A DNA stretch of 64,000 nt from an uncultured Verrucomicrobiae bacterium (GTDB taxonomy: Bacteria > Verrucomicrobiota > Verrucomicrobiia > Limisphaerales > UBA11358), in assembly GCA_963769285.1 (NCBI GenBank), contig CAVYLE010000010.1, positions 426,069-490,068 of the forward strand. Reading direction: 5' to 3'. Of this stretch, positions 9,969-19,636 are shown piece by piece. The first letter of the stretch is position 1, and each line of letters begins with the position of its first letter. Below the pieces are notes generated by a model that worked only from the letters and a program-made list of their open reading frames with translations, was not told where the DNA came from and ran no database searches. Both the position numbers and the translations under genes were made by a program.

Positions 9969-10138
9969 GCCCGCAGCTGCGACGGTGGCCGCCAGCCCGG
10001 CGGTTTGGGCCAGAAAATGACGCCGGCTGGTGACAAAGGTTCTGGTTGGCTTTGAAGTTTTTCATTGAATTTTTGCGTGATGGATTTGTTGGGACATGTT
10101 ATTCTCGCCGACGCGATTGTCACGCGGTTACCGTGAAA

Positions 10139-10192
10139 CGTGAAGGGTCAGTTCCGCATTTTGAACAACCTTCGCTCTTGCCGGGCGGCAGC
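10139..10192 (+). repeat. Direct repeat copy 2, resembling the Y1 transposase end motif
   Basis: cgtgaagggtcagttccgcattttgaacaaccttcgctcttgccgggcggcagc. Confidence 0.8.
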
Positions 10193-10315
10193 AGAAGAAA
10201 GGCTGAATTCTGAAGGCTTCCACCGTCGCCGAGGCTATGGTGGACAAGGAAGGCAGCGGCGGCCCTGAAAATCACTTTGGCGTTTGGCATTTATCCTCTA
10301 GCCTTTCCCGACGTT

Positions 10316-10834
10316 ATGAACCGGAATTGGACACCGGAGAGCCATGTGACTGTCACCGAGGCCGGCATGGTCATCGAGATCAAGTTGAGTGCGGCTCAGG
10401 CCGGCCGCGTGGAAATGTTTGTCGATGCGGGCCAGTTATGTGTTCGCGGACAGCATGACAACTTTGGCCCGTTCGAGGCCCGGTTTGACATCACGCTCAA
10501 TCACAACCCGGCGGCCGCCAAGGCAAGTTTTATGAAAGGCATCCTGCGGATTGAAGTGCCGACGATAGATAAATCATCCGGCTTCCAGCCGATGACGGTC
10601 AGCATGCTAACCTCAGAATCGCTCCTGGCTTACTTCCTCAAAGAGCCACGCGCCATGATGATTTACTGCAACGGGTGCGGGAAGCATTTTGACATCGTGG
10701 TTACCGGCAAAGGTTCCGAGGATTATCATTGTCCGGCCTGCGGGAAGGTTCAGGCTTTTGATCTGGGGGCTCTCGTGAAGAAGGCGATTGAGCAGGGCAA
10801 GAAGATGTCGAAGAAAAAGCGCGGCCGACGATAG
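10316..10834 (+). CDS. Hsp20/alpha-crystallin-like domain fused to a C-terminal zinc ribbon
   Basis: GQLCVRGQ...FGPFEARFDI...AKASFMKGILRIEVP, followed by CNGC...CPAC. Confidence 0.65.
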   Translation: MNRNWTPESHVTVTEAGMVIEIKLSAAQAGRVEMFVDAGQLCVRGQHDNFGPFEARFDITLNHNPAAAKASFMKGILRIEVPTIDKSSGFQPMTVSMLTSESLLAYFLKEPRAMMIYCNGCGKHFDIVVTGKGSEDYHCPACGKVQAFDLGALVKKAIEQGKKMSKKKRGRR

Positions 10835-10888
10835 ATTTTTTCATGAAGGTGAAAGGGCACAGTCCCGCATTTTGAACCATCATTTTAT

Positions 10889-11281
10889 ATGCACACCGAA
10901 AAATTGATCACCGAAGCCAGGGCGAAAATCATTTGGGGCGAGCCCGCGGAGTCAGTCCGTTATTTCCTGACCTCGAACGGCATGTCCGGAGCGGAAGCTG
11001 ACGAGCAGATCAAGGCCTTCAATCTGGAGAGAAACCGGGAGATTCGAAAAAAGGGCATCAAATATACCCTGATTGGCGCCGCGCTCACGGGCGTCAGCGG
11101 CGGCCTGATCTACCTTTTGCTGGCAAAATCCGAGAATTATCATTGGAGCAGCCGTAGCGGCAGAGGTTTGGGAGTATTGATGCTGGCCGGAGGCTATGGT
11201 TTATGGAAACTGGTGAACGGAATCATTTACCTGGTTCGTCCGCAATCCGAACATCAATCCATTTCCGATCTGTCGGACTGA
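10889..11281 (+). CDS. Hypothetical membrane protein with two TM segments
   Basis: Two hydrophobic stretches; ATG directly after the repeat motif. Confidence 0.7.
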   Translation: MHTEKLITEARAKIIWGEPAESVRYFLTSNGMSGAEADEQIKAFNLERNREIRKKGIKYTLIGAALTGVSGGLIYLLLAKSENYHWSSRSGRGLGVLMLAGGYGLWKLVNGIIYLVRPQSEHQSISDLSD

Positions 11282-11495
11282 AAACACAAGGCTTTTTGTT
11301 GGTGGTGGGGACGGCGCGCTGCGCCGTCCGCGCCACTTGCAGCGGTGCAACGCCCGGGGTGGTTCGTCTGTCACAGCCAATTCATTTCGCCCGCCGTACG
11401 CGGGCGAGGACATCGCAGCGCGATATCCCTACCACAATGGATCGAATCTCCCGGCCTTGCGCAATGACCATATCCGGTTGAGAGTTGAAAGTTGA

Positions 11496-13145
11496 ATGTT
11501 GATGGTTAACGAAAGAAACCCGGCGGATGCGGAGGCGGTGGATGCTATCATCGCCTATCACGACCGGACGAAGCATCATCCCGAGCGCTATGCCCGTGGA
11601 CCGGGCGGTCTCGACTGGGCGACTCAGCCGGATCCGTTTCGCCGTTTCGCTGGTTCACCCGTGCTCAAACTGCCGTTGGCCGTCTGTGACGACACGCCGC
11701 CAGCGGCCATCCTGTTCGGCATCGGCGCAACGCCGCCGCGGCCGTTCACCCTCGATGCGTTGGGGTTGTTCTTCGAGTTGTCCATGGGCCTTTCCGCACG
11801 CAAGGAGATTCCCGGCATGAGCTGGTATTTGCGGATGAATCCTTCCAGCGGCAATCTGCATCCGACCGAAGCCTATGCCGTCCTGCCCGCGCGGGAATGG
11901 TTGCCGGGCGGCGCGGGAGTTTATCATTACGCACCGCTGGCTCATGCCCTGGAACGACGGGCGCGCCGGGCGCCGGGCGCCGGACCGGACGCAGCCGGAT
12001 TTTGTGTGGGGCTGACTTCCATCACCTGGCGCGAGGCATGGAAATACGGTGAACGGGCCTTTCGCTATTGCCAGCACGACGTGGGTCACGCCCTCGCCGC
12101 GCTTCGTTATGCGGCCGCCGTACTGGGCTGGCGTGTGGAACTATTGCCGGAGTGGGATGATGCGCAACTCGCCCGGCTGCTCGGCCTGGACCGCCCGGAA
12201 GATTTTGCCGATGCCGAACGCGAAACGCCGGAACTGCTCGTGAGGGTGATGGTGAACGCAACGGCGGAGCCGGTTCCGTCACCGGTTGCCGAAGCCTCGA
12301 TAAAATGGTTCGGACGCGCCAACCGGTTGAGCCGTTCCCATGTCGGGTGGCCGGTGATTGATGAAGCCATTGCAGCCTCGGAGCGAAAAGGTCCGACGAT
12401 GGACCAGTCCATCATCCACAAATCCATCAATCCAGCCTGTTGGCCGTCGCCCGCGCCACCCGCCTGCGCCCACTCGTCCGGTCAACTGATCCGTCAACGC
12501 CGCAGCGCGGTGGATTTTGACGGCGCCACCAGCATCACGCGCGAAAAGTTTCTGGCCATTCTGGATGCCACGCTGCCGCGGGCATCCGCGCCGCCGTTCG
12601 ATGCGTGGCCATTTCCGCCGCGGTTGCACCTGGTTTTGTTCGTGCATCGGGTCACGGGACTGGAACCCGGCATGTACCTCTGGTCGCGCGCGCCGGCGGA
12701 TGAGGAAGCCTTGCGGCACGCCTTTCGCGCCATTCCCGATTGGGAAATCCTGGCGGACTTGGAACCCACGGTGCCGCTCCGGCGGTTGGGACGGGGGGAC
12801 CTGCGCGATTTTGCGCGGACCTTGTCCTGCCAGCAGGACATCGCCGCCGACGGGGCGTTCAGCCTCGGCATGCTGGCGTGGTTCGAACCGGTTTTGCGGG
12901 AACGCGGCGCGGCGGCCTGGCGCGAGTTGTTCTGGGAGGCTGGAATGATCGGACAGGCGCTGTACCTGGCCGCCGAGGCTGCCGGGGTGCGCGGCACGGG
13001 CATTGGTTGTTACTTCGATGATGTGTTGCATCGCGCGCTCGGTTTGACGGGGCGCGATTGGCAGAGTCTTTATCACTTCACCATCGGCGCTCACGTCGAG
13101 GACCTGCGGCTGCGCACCGCACCGCCGTACGCGCATCGGGAGTGA
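11496..13145 (+). CDS. SagB/ThcOx-family double nitroreductase-domain protein
   Basis: YHDRTKH...LDWATQPDPFR, LRMNPSSGNLHPTEAY, WKYGERAFRYC and GTGIGCYFDD. Confidence 0.88.
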   Translation: MLMVNERNPADAEAVDAIIAYHDRTKHHPERYARGPGGLDWATQPDPFRRFAGSPVLKLPLAVCDDTPPAAILFGIGATPPRPFTLDALGLFFELSMGLSARKEIPGMSWYLRMNPSSGNLHPTEAYAVLPAREWLPGGAGVYHYAPLAHALERRARRAPGAGPDAAGFCVGLTSITWREAWKYGERAFRYCQHDVGHALAALRYAAAVLGWRVELLPEWDDAQLARLLGLDRPEDFADAERETPELLVRVMVNATAEPVPSPVAEASIKWFGRANRLSRSHVGWPVIDEAIAASERKGPTMDQSIIHKSINPACWPSPAPPACAHSSGQLIRQRRSAVDFDGATSITREKFLAILDATLPRASAPPFDAWPFPPRLHLVLFVHRVTGLEPGMYLWSRAPADEEALRHAFRAIPDWEILADLEPTVPLRRLGRGDLRDFARTLSCQQDIAADGAFSLGMLAWFEPVLRERGAAAWRELFWEAGMIGQALYLAAEAAGVRGTGIGCYFDDVLHRALGLTGRDWQSLYHFTIGAHVEDLRLRTAPPYAHRE

Positions 13146-13220
13146 GATGGGAATTGACCTGATGGCCGGCTTCGCGGATTCTCCGCACGTCACAGATTAA
13201 TCCCTGCAACTGGCAAACAT

Positions 13221-13703
13221 ATGAAATTATTTTTTATCCTGACGCTCGCGCTCGGCCTGGTCGCCGGTTGTGGCGCCAAAAACGACCAGGCAACGATGGA
13301 AGCAAATCTCAAGGCGGAATCCGGCCCCGGCGCAGCCTTTCTCGCGGAGAACGCCAAAAAGGAAGGTGTCACCACCACGGCCAGCGGTCTGCAATACAAG
13401 GTCATCAAGTCCGGCACGGGCGAGTCCCCCAAACTGTCCGACCGGGTGAAGGTACATTACCACGGCACATTGATTGATGGGACGGTCTTTGATAGCTCGG
13501 TGCAACGCGGCCAGCCCATCTCCTTTCCGGTCGGGCGCGTCATCCCGGGATGGGTCGAGGCCTTGCAACTGATGAAGGTCGGCGACAAATGGCAGTTGTT
13601 CATCCCGTCCAGACTGGCCTACGGCGACCAGAGCCCCAGCCAGGCGATTCCCCCCAAAAGCGTATTGATCTTCGAGGTGGAATTGCTCGGTATTGAGAAA
13701 TAG
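13221..13703 (+). CDS. FKBP-type peptidyl-prolyl isomerase, lipoprotein
   Basis: LVAGC lipobox; [21 protein letters not shown] and LIFEVELL. Confidence 0.95.
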   Translation: MKLFFILTLALGLVAGCGAKNDQATMEANLKAESGPGAAFLAENAKKEGVTTTASGLQYKVIKSGTGESPKLSDRVKVHYHGTLIDGTVFDSSVQRGQPISFPVGRVIPGWVEALQLMKVGDKWQLFIPSRLAYGDQSPSQAIPPKSVLIFEVELLGIEK

Positions 13704-13762
13704 CCGCATCTCACGCTAAAGCGTGTACACCGAACGTCGAGCTCGGCCTTTAGCATTTCCTT

Positions 13763-14803
13763 ATGGATACGAGCAAGGTCAGCCCGCTGTTGGATTGGTT
13801 GCTGCGGAAGCATCCCGACACGCCGAAGAGCCGCGCCAAACAATGGATTCTGGCGGGACGGGTCAGCGTCAACGGCGTCATCATCCGCAAACCCCATCAA
13901 ACCATCCCGGACCCGGGCGACACCCTGGAACTGCGCGATCGTCAGGCCAGCACCCTGGCGTGCGGTTCCGGCTGGCAGATTCATCCGCGCGTTTCGTTGC
14001 TTTACCTGGATTCCGCCCTCGCCATCGTCAACAAGGGGCCCGGCCTCATCTCCGTGCCGGCGCCGAATTGCGATCTTTCCGCGCTCAGCATCCTCGCCGA
14101 TTTCCTGGCGGGAAAATTGAAGGCGCAGAACCGCGGCGTCGCCGGAAAGTCATTGCCGCCCGCCTATCGCCGGCTGCAACCTTTGCCGGTTCATCGCCTC
14201 GACCAATATACCAGCGGCGTCTTTTGCATGGCCACCAACCCCGCCGCGCGTCACCACCTCATCGAGCAATTAAAGGCGCACTCCATGAAGCGGGAGTATG
14301 TGGCGTTCATGGAAGGACGTCCGCGCACGCCCGCCGGCACCTGGCGGCAATGGCTGCAATTGAGCCGGGACGAACTGCGCCAGCATGTGCTTTCTGAAAC
14401 GCAACTCAAAGACCCAAGCTCCGAAGCCCGCGAGGCCGTCACGCATTACGAAGTTATCGAGGAATTTCCGCTCGCCGGCGGCAAAGGCTTCGTCACCAAA
14501 TTGCGGCTCCGGCTGGAGACGGGGCGGAAGCATCAAATCCGCGCCCAGGCGGCCCACGCCGGACTCCCCTTGATCGGCGACCGCACGTATAACCCGGCGT
14601 ATCGCGGACGGGACGCCAACCCGCCCATAGATTTTCCGCGTCAAGCCCTGCATGCCGAAGTCCTCAGCCTCGAACACCCGGACCAGCCCGGCGAGCGCAT
14701 GACCTGGACGGCAGAATTGCCCAAAGACCTTCGCCAACTCGAAGCCGCCCTGCGTGCCTCACGATTCCAAAAAAAGCCAGCTGTGAAAGTCCCGGGAAAG
14801 TGA
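13763..14803 (+). CDS. RluA/RluD-family pseudouridine synthase with S4 domain
   Basis: VHRLDQYTSG, LETGRKHQIR and QALHA. Confidence 0.92.
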   Translation: MDTSKVSPLLDWLLRKHPDTPKSRAKQWILAGRVSVNGVIIRKPHQTIPDPGDTLELRDRQASTLACGSGWQIHPRVSLLYLDSALAIVNKGPGLISVPAPNCDLSALSILADFLAGKLKAQNRGVAGKSLPPAYRRLQPLPVHRLDQYTSGVFCMATNPAARHHLIEQLKAHSMKREYVAFMEGRPRTPAGTWRQWLQLSRDELRQHVLSETQLKDPSSEAREAVTHYEVIEEFPLAGGKGFVTKLRLRLETGRKHQIRAQAAHAGLPLIGDRTYNPAYRGRDANPPIDFPRQALHAEVLSLEHPDQPGERMTWTAELPKDLRQLEAALRASRFQKKPAVKVPGK

Positions 14804-15117
14804 CGCTGTTCTCCGGCCTGAAATCGACGCCGCCCTTGAATGGTTCACCACCATCACTGAAGACTTGAAGCAATAATCCAATTTCGCAGGAATCTGTCTC
14901 CGGAAGCCTGGACAGAGGAGTTTTCCACAGGGGAATTATCTGGGTCTGATTCCTTTGTCCCCATTCCCTTGTCAACTCCATCTGGAATCGGCTGCCAGAC
15001 GATCTCGTGGCTCGAACCCATCGGCGCACAGCGCCGACGTTACACCACAACTTTGCTGGTGTTAAAAGTTTGATTTCCGGTCACAATCGTTTTTAATGCG
15101 CCGGGTCAAATTTTGAG

Positions 15118-15276
15118 ATGAACATTCACGAATTTCAGGCCAGGCAACTGCTCGCCCAATATGGCGTCGCCGTCCCGCTGGAAATCCCCGCCAGCAAGAT
15201 TGCCGTCGCTCTCGGACTCAAAGGCGATTCCATGGCCGACGCGGCGCAGGCGGTGGGGAAGGCGGCGGGGAAATAA
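15118..15276 (+). pseudogene. sucC: Mini-sucC: 52-aa ORF joining the N- and C-termini of succinyl-CoA synthetase beta
   Basis: MNIHEFQARQLLAQYGVAVP matches the SucC N-terminus; DSMADAAQAVGKAAGK resembles the SucC C-terminus. Too short for the ORF track. Confidence 0.65.
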
Positions 15277-15300
15277 GATCGTTTTGACGAATTAAGGCAC

Positions 15301-15609
15301 ATGGCCCGGCATGGGAACGACAAGGCGGAAGCGAAAACGGTCGGCGACGACCTGGCGCCTTATCGTCGGCTGGTGGAATTGCAGAAGCAGATGATTGAAC
15401 TGGCGCAACAACACGAGCAATCGAAACGCCAGCACGAAGTCCTGCGCGAACAGATGATGCGTGAGATCATCGGCCGGCGGCCCCGCCGCCGCGGTTTGCG
15501 GCACCAGCTGCACCGGTCGGCGGCGAAACTTTTGAAACGGGTGCCGGGGTTTGCGGCGGAAAAACCAGCCTTGGGTGCGCTCAACCACAAACAACCGTTA
15601 TCATGTTGA
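15301..15609 (+). CDS. Hypothetical coiled-coil protein
   Basis: ATG start, helical composition, overlaps the start of the next gene. Confidence 0.55.
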   Translation: MARHGNDKAEAKTVGDDLAPYRRLVELQKQMIELAQQHEQSKRQHEVLREQMMREIIGRRPRRRGLRHQLHRSAAKLLKRVPGFAAEKPALGALNHKQPLSC

Positions 15610-15977
15610 AAGTCATCGAAATCGCGTTCAGTTGTTACCCGGTCACCGACATGGCGCGGGCGCGCAAGTTCTACGAGGGCGTGCTCGGCCTGAAACCCAC
15701 CGGCACCGTCGGCGAACCCGGCGGGATGCAGTGGACCGAGTATGACATCGCCAGCGGCACACTTTCCCTGGGCTGCGGCGCGCCGGATTGGAAGCCGCGG
15801 CCGGACGGCTGCTCCGTTGGTCTGGAAGTGGAAGATTTCGACGCGGCCATCGCCCACCTGCGCGTGTCCGGCGTGAAGTTCCGGATGGAGCCGTTTACCA
15901 CCCCCGTTTGTCGCATGGCATTCATTTCCGACCCGGACGGCAACACGATTTGCATTCACAAACGGAAGGCGAAATGA
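15603..15977 (+). CDS. VOC/glyoxalase family protein
   Basis: YPVTDMARARKFYEGVLGL and AFISDPDGNTI. Confidence 0.9.
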   Translation: MLKVIEIAFSCYPVTDMARARKFYEGVLGLKPTGTVGEPGGMQWTEYDIASGTLSLGCGAPDWKPRPDGCSVGLEVEDFDAAIAHLRVSGVKFRMEPFTTPVCRMAFISDPDGNTICIHKRKAK

Positions 15978-16088
15978 CTGCGGACGAAACAAAACGACAA
16001 GGTTTCGCGTCCGCAGAATTGGATCCGTGAATCAACGAGCGATCCTTGCTTGACGAAACACGCCACACGTAATACGCATCAAGTTTTC

Positions 16089-16955
16089 ATGGGCCTGATT
16101 GACTTCATTCTGAACCTGGCGGCCTTGTTGCTGTGGCTGAACTGGCGTTCGGTCCGCTTCGATCCGCTCGGCAAACGGATGCCCGCGACGTTGATTGGCA
16201 CACTGCGGCGGGCCGAGCCGCGGCGTTTGCGGAGATGGCATTTGCTCGCGGCGCTGGGCGGGCTGTTGCTGCTGCGCGCGTTGTTCTACTGGCAGATCGG
16301 TTCGGCGGCACACTGGACGGGCACCTTGAATTTGAGCGTCATTACGCTTTCGTTCCGCAGCGATTATTTTGTGCGTATGTTGTTGTTTTCCATTCTCAGT
16401 TTCGGGCTGACGCTCGGTGTGTTTTATCTCTGGCTGCTGCTGCTTTCCATTCTGGCCGGGCCGGAACCCCTGCCTTTTCATCGTCTGGTGCGAATGCCCC
16501 TGGGCGGAATTGATCGCTGGACGCGCGGGATGAAATTTCTTTTGCCGCTGATGGTCATGGCGACGTTGTGGTGGCTGGCCAGCTGGCTGCTGGCCTGGCT
16601 GCAAGTCATTCCCCAACACGTCTCGCCGGCGCATCGCATCGAAGAGGCGCTGGTCATCGGGCTGGGCAGTTACCTGGCCTGGAAATATCTCATCGGCGCG
16701 CTGCTCGTCCTGCATCTGTTGAACAGCTACATTTACTTCGGCAAACATCCATTCTGGGGTTATGTGAACGCCGAAGCGCGAACCTTGTTGTCGCCATTAC
16801 AACGTTTCCATTTGCGGCTGGATAAAGTGGATTTTGCGCCCGTCGTTGGAATCGCCCTGGTTTTCCTGCTCGCCCATTTTGCCCAGAATGGCATCCCGTT
16901 ACCCTGGTTTAAAATTCCGGGTTTGGTGGACATTTACGGGAAACTGCCGTTCTGA
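16089..16955 (+). CDS. YggT-like integral membrane protein
   Basis: Multiple TM segments; C-terminal LLSPLQR...KVDFAPVV resembles YggT. Confidence 0.7.
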   Translation: MGLIDFILNLAALLLWLNWRSVRFDPLGKRMPATLIGTLRRAEPRRLRRWHLLAALGGLLLLRALFYWQIGSAAHWTGTLNLSVITLSFRSDYFVRMLLFSILSFGLTLGVFYLWLLLLSILAGPEPLPFHRLVRMPLGGIDRWTRGMKFLLPLMVMATLWWLASWLLAWLQVIPQHVSPAHRIEEALVIGLGSYLAWKYLIGALLVLHLLNSYIYFGKHPFWGYVNAEARTLLSPLQRFHLRLDKVDFAPVVGIALVFLLAHFAQNGIPLPWFKIPGLVDIYGKLPF

Positions 16956-16970
16956 AGTTTTACCGTCCCA

Positions 16971-18080
16971 TCACACAGGCACCTCGGTCTTCGCCTTGGG
17001 GAATCTGGCCGAGATGACCGCGCCCATGCCCGGCTCACTCACAATGGAAAGGGTGCCGCCGTGCAGGGCAACGAGCCGCTTGGCGATGACCAGGCCGAGC
17101 CCCAATCCCTGCTGCTCCTGCATCGTGCGGTCGAATTGCATATAAGCGCCAACGCGCGTGATTTGCTCGCCGGTAAATCCGCGGCCCTGATCACTGATGG
17201 CCAGGGTAATGATGTTGAACGCCTCGCTCAGGGACAGGCGAACGGACGAACCGGGTTCGGAAAACTTGAAGGCGTTTTGCGTGAGTTCATCCACCACCTT
17301 GCTGAGATATTCCTCGGCCATCGGCACGGTAATGTCCGCCGCCTCCAGGGACAAATCCGCGGAACGGTTCACGATCGCGGCCTGCGCGGCAGCATGCTTC
17401 TCCAGCAGCGCCGCGGGATGCTCCGTCCGGCCGAGACGCAGGGCGTTGACGTTCTTCGGATCGGCGGCAATCAATTCAAGCTGCGCGTAAATCAAAAAGT
17501 TTTCGATGAGCCGTTCCAGCCGCTTGCCGGACTGGTGAACGACGTGGCCCATTTCGGCAATTTCGGCGGGTTTGAGTTTGGCGGCGTCGGCGGCGAGAAT
17601 TTCGCCGTAGGCGAGAATGCCGTTGAGCGGCGTGCGCAACTCGTGCGGCAGCATCAGGCTGATGTTGTCACGCAGATGAGCGAGCTTGCGCTCGGCTTCA
17701 TCGCGCACGGTCTGGGCTTTTTTCAGGCGCGCATCCACGGCGGCGTAAAGCGCATCGGTGGTGAAAGGTTTCGGCAGGTAATCGTCGGCTCCCAATTCCA
17801 TGCCGTGCCGCATGCCCGCATTGTCGGCGAGGCCGGTCATCAGAATGAACGGGATGGAGGCCGTGGGCGCTTCCGTGCGCAACGAGGACAGGCACAGGTA
17901 GCCGTCCACCTTTTCCATGTTCACGTCACAGAGGATGAGGTCGGGCAATTCCTTGCGCGCTTTCTCGATGCCATCCGCGCCATTGACTGCTTCGATGACT
18001 TCAAAGCCCTTTTGCTTCAGCGCCAGGTAAATCATCTCGCGCAGCCACTCCTCGTCGTCTATGACCAAAATTTTCTTCAT
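16971..18080 (-). CDS. Hybrid response regulator-histidine kinase
   Basis: REC domain (VIDDE, LILCD, KPF), HELRTPL H-box, NAFKF, DQGRG and GLGLGL. Confidence 0.92.
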   Translation of the reverse strand: MKKILVIDDEEWLREMIYLALKQKGFEVIEAVNGADGIEKARKELPDLILCDVNMEKVDGYLCLSSLRTEAPTASIPFILMTGLADNAGMRHGMELGADDYLPKPFTTDALYAAVDARLKKAQTVRDEAERKLAHLRDNISLMLPHELRTPLNGILAYGEILAADAAKLKPAEIAEMGHVVHQSGKRLERLIENFLIYAQLELIAADPKNVNALRLGRTEHPAALLEKHAAAQAAIVNRSADLSLEAADITVPMAEEYLSKVVDELTQNAFKFSEPGSSVRLSLSEAFNIITLAISDQGRGFTGEQITRVGAYMQFDRTMQEQQGLGLGLVIAKRLVALHGGTLSIVSEPGMGAVISARFPKAKTEVPV

Positions 18081-18184
18081 GGCATTTTTGCCCTGAAATG
18101 AGCAGGATTTATGCCTTTCTCAAGCGATTCTGCCTCCAAATCCTGGAGACAAAATCATAAAATACAACGCTATTTGCACGGCTT

Positions 18185-19504
18185 TTACTTGCGTTCCGCC
18201 GGGGGCACATAATGGTTGAGCGTGCGCCCGGTGTAAATCTGCCGCGGCCGGTAGATGCGGCTTTTCGTCTCATCCATGATTTCCCTGTAATTCGCAATCC
18301 AGCCGGGCATCCGCCCAATCCCAAAAATCACGGGAAACATTTCCCCCGGAATGCCGAGCGCGCGCATGATGATGCCGCTGTAAAAATCCACGTTCGGATA
18401 CAGCTTCCGTTCGATGAAATACGGATCCTTGAGCGCCACCGTCTCCAAATTCTTGGCGATGTCCAACAACGGGTCATTAAAGTTCAATTTGGACAAAACG
18501 TCGTCGCAGGCTTTTTTGATGATTTTGGCGCGCGGGTCGTAATTCTTATAAACGCGGTGGCCGAAGCCCATGAGTCTTTTGCCGCTGTTTTTGTCCTTCG
18601 CCGCGTTGATGAATTTTGAGCCGTCGTCTTTCTCGCGATGAATTTCCTCCAGCATCTCGATCACCGCCTGGTTCGCGCCGCCGTGCAACGGCCCCCACAA
18701 CGCGCACACACCCGCCGCGCAACTGGCGAACAGATTCGCCTGGCTCGACGCCACCATGCGCACGGTGGAGGTGGAGCAATTCTGCTCGTGGTCCGCATGC
18801 AGCAGGAAAATCAAGTCGAGCGCCTTGACGACTTCCGGTTTCAATTCAAAATCCTCGTACGGCATCGAAAACAGCATGTGCAGGAAATTCGCCGTGTATT
18901 TGTAGGCCTTCTTCGGATAAATCAACGGCAACCCGCGCGATTTGCGATAGGAATACGCCGCAATCGTCCGCACCTGCGAAATCAGCCGGGCCACATACAG
19001 GTCAAAATCCCCGCTCTCGCCCCATTTCCAGGACATCAGGCGCTCGTCGAAACAGCTTGCCGCGTTGATCATTGCCGAAAGAATCGCCATCGGATGCGCC
19101 CCCGTCGGAAAACCCTCGAAATGAAACTTCATGTCCTCGTGCAGAAACTGGTTGTCGGTGAGCAAATCCGAAAACCGTTTCATTTGCGGCCGGCTGGGCA
19201 GGTCGCCGTAAATGATGAGATACGCCGTCTCGATGAAATTGGATTTTTCCGCCAGTTCTTCGATGGGAATGCCGCGATAGCGCAGGATGCCCTTGTCGCC
19301 ATCAATGTACGTGATTTTGCTGACGCACGAACCCGTGTTGCCGTAGCCGTCGTCCAGCGTGATGTAGCCCGTGCTCGCGCGCAGCGATGAAATATCCACC
19401 GCCTTTTCACCCTCGCTGCCTTCGACCGTCGGCAGCGCATATACTTTTCCGTCCAACTCCAGCTTTGCCTCTTTGCTCATGTGCTCCTTTTTCGATTCCG
19501 GCAT
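18185..19504 (-). CDS. gltA: Citrate synthase
   Basis: HADHEQNCST, GPLHGGAN, LMGFGHRVYK and YPNVDFYSG. Alternative start at 19480. Confidence 0.97.
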   Translation of the reverse strand: MPESKKEHMSKEAKLELDGKVYALPTVEGSEGEKAVDISSLRASTGYITLDDGYGNTGSCVSKITYIDGDKGILRYRGIPIEELAEKSNFIETAYLIIYGDLPSRPQMKRFSDLLTDNQFLHEDMKFHFEGFPTGAHPMAILSAMINAASCFDERLMSWKWGESGDFDLYVARLISQVRTIAAYSYRKSRGLPLIYPKKAYKYTANFLHMLFSMPYEDFELKPEVVKALDLIFLLHADHEQNCSTSTVRMVASSQANLFASCAAGVCALWGPLHGGANQAVIEMLEEIHREKDDGSKFINAAKDKNSGKRLMGFGHRVYKNYDPRAKIIKKACDDVLSKLNFNDPLLDIAKNLETVALKDPYFIERKLYPNVDFYSGIIMRALGIPGEMFPVIFGIGRMPGWIANYREIMDETKSRIYRPRQIYTGRTLNHYVPPAERK

Positions 19505-19636
19505 TTATTGCCCGTTTTGGAAAGTTTGCTGGGAAATGAAAATGTTGGCAAGACACGAAAACAACATTTCACAAAAATTTGACGCGCCGATTTCACTGGC
19601 GTGGCGTTGGACTTGGTGGCTGAATTCAGCCGTCAC

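Noticed and set aside
11496-13145. SagB-like gene as part of a RiPP (azole peptide) cluster
   Set aside because: There is no YcaO or precursor peptide nearby; the stand-alone double-domain form is common.
14803-14878. Short frame DAVLRPEIDAALEWFTTITEDLKQ after the pseudouridine synthase
   Set aside because: Probably a 3' gene remnant, but too short to assign.
17061-18101. Long antisense ORFs here and at 8931-9911, 20934-22004, 34684-35823, 40650-41726 and 44518-45360
   Set aside because: Shadow frames of GC-rich genes with no recognisable motifs.
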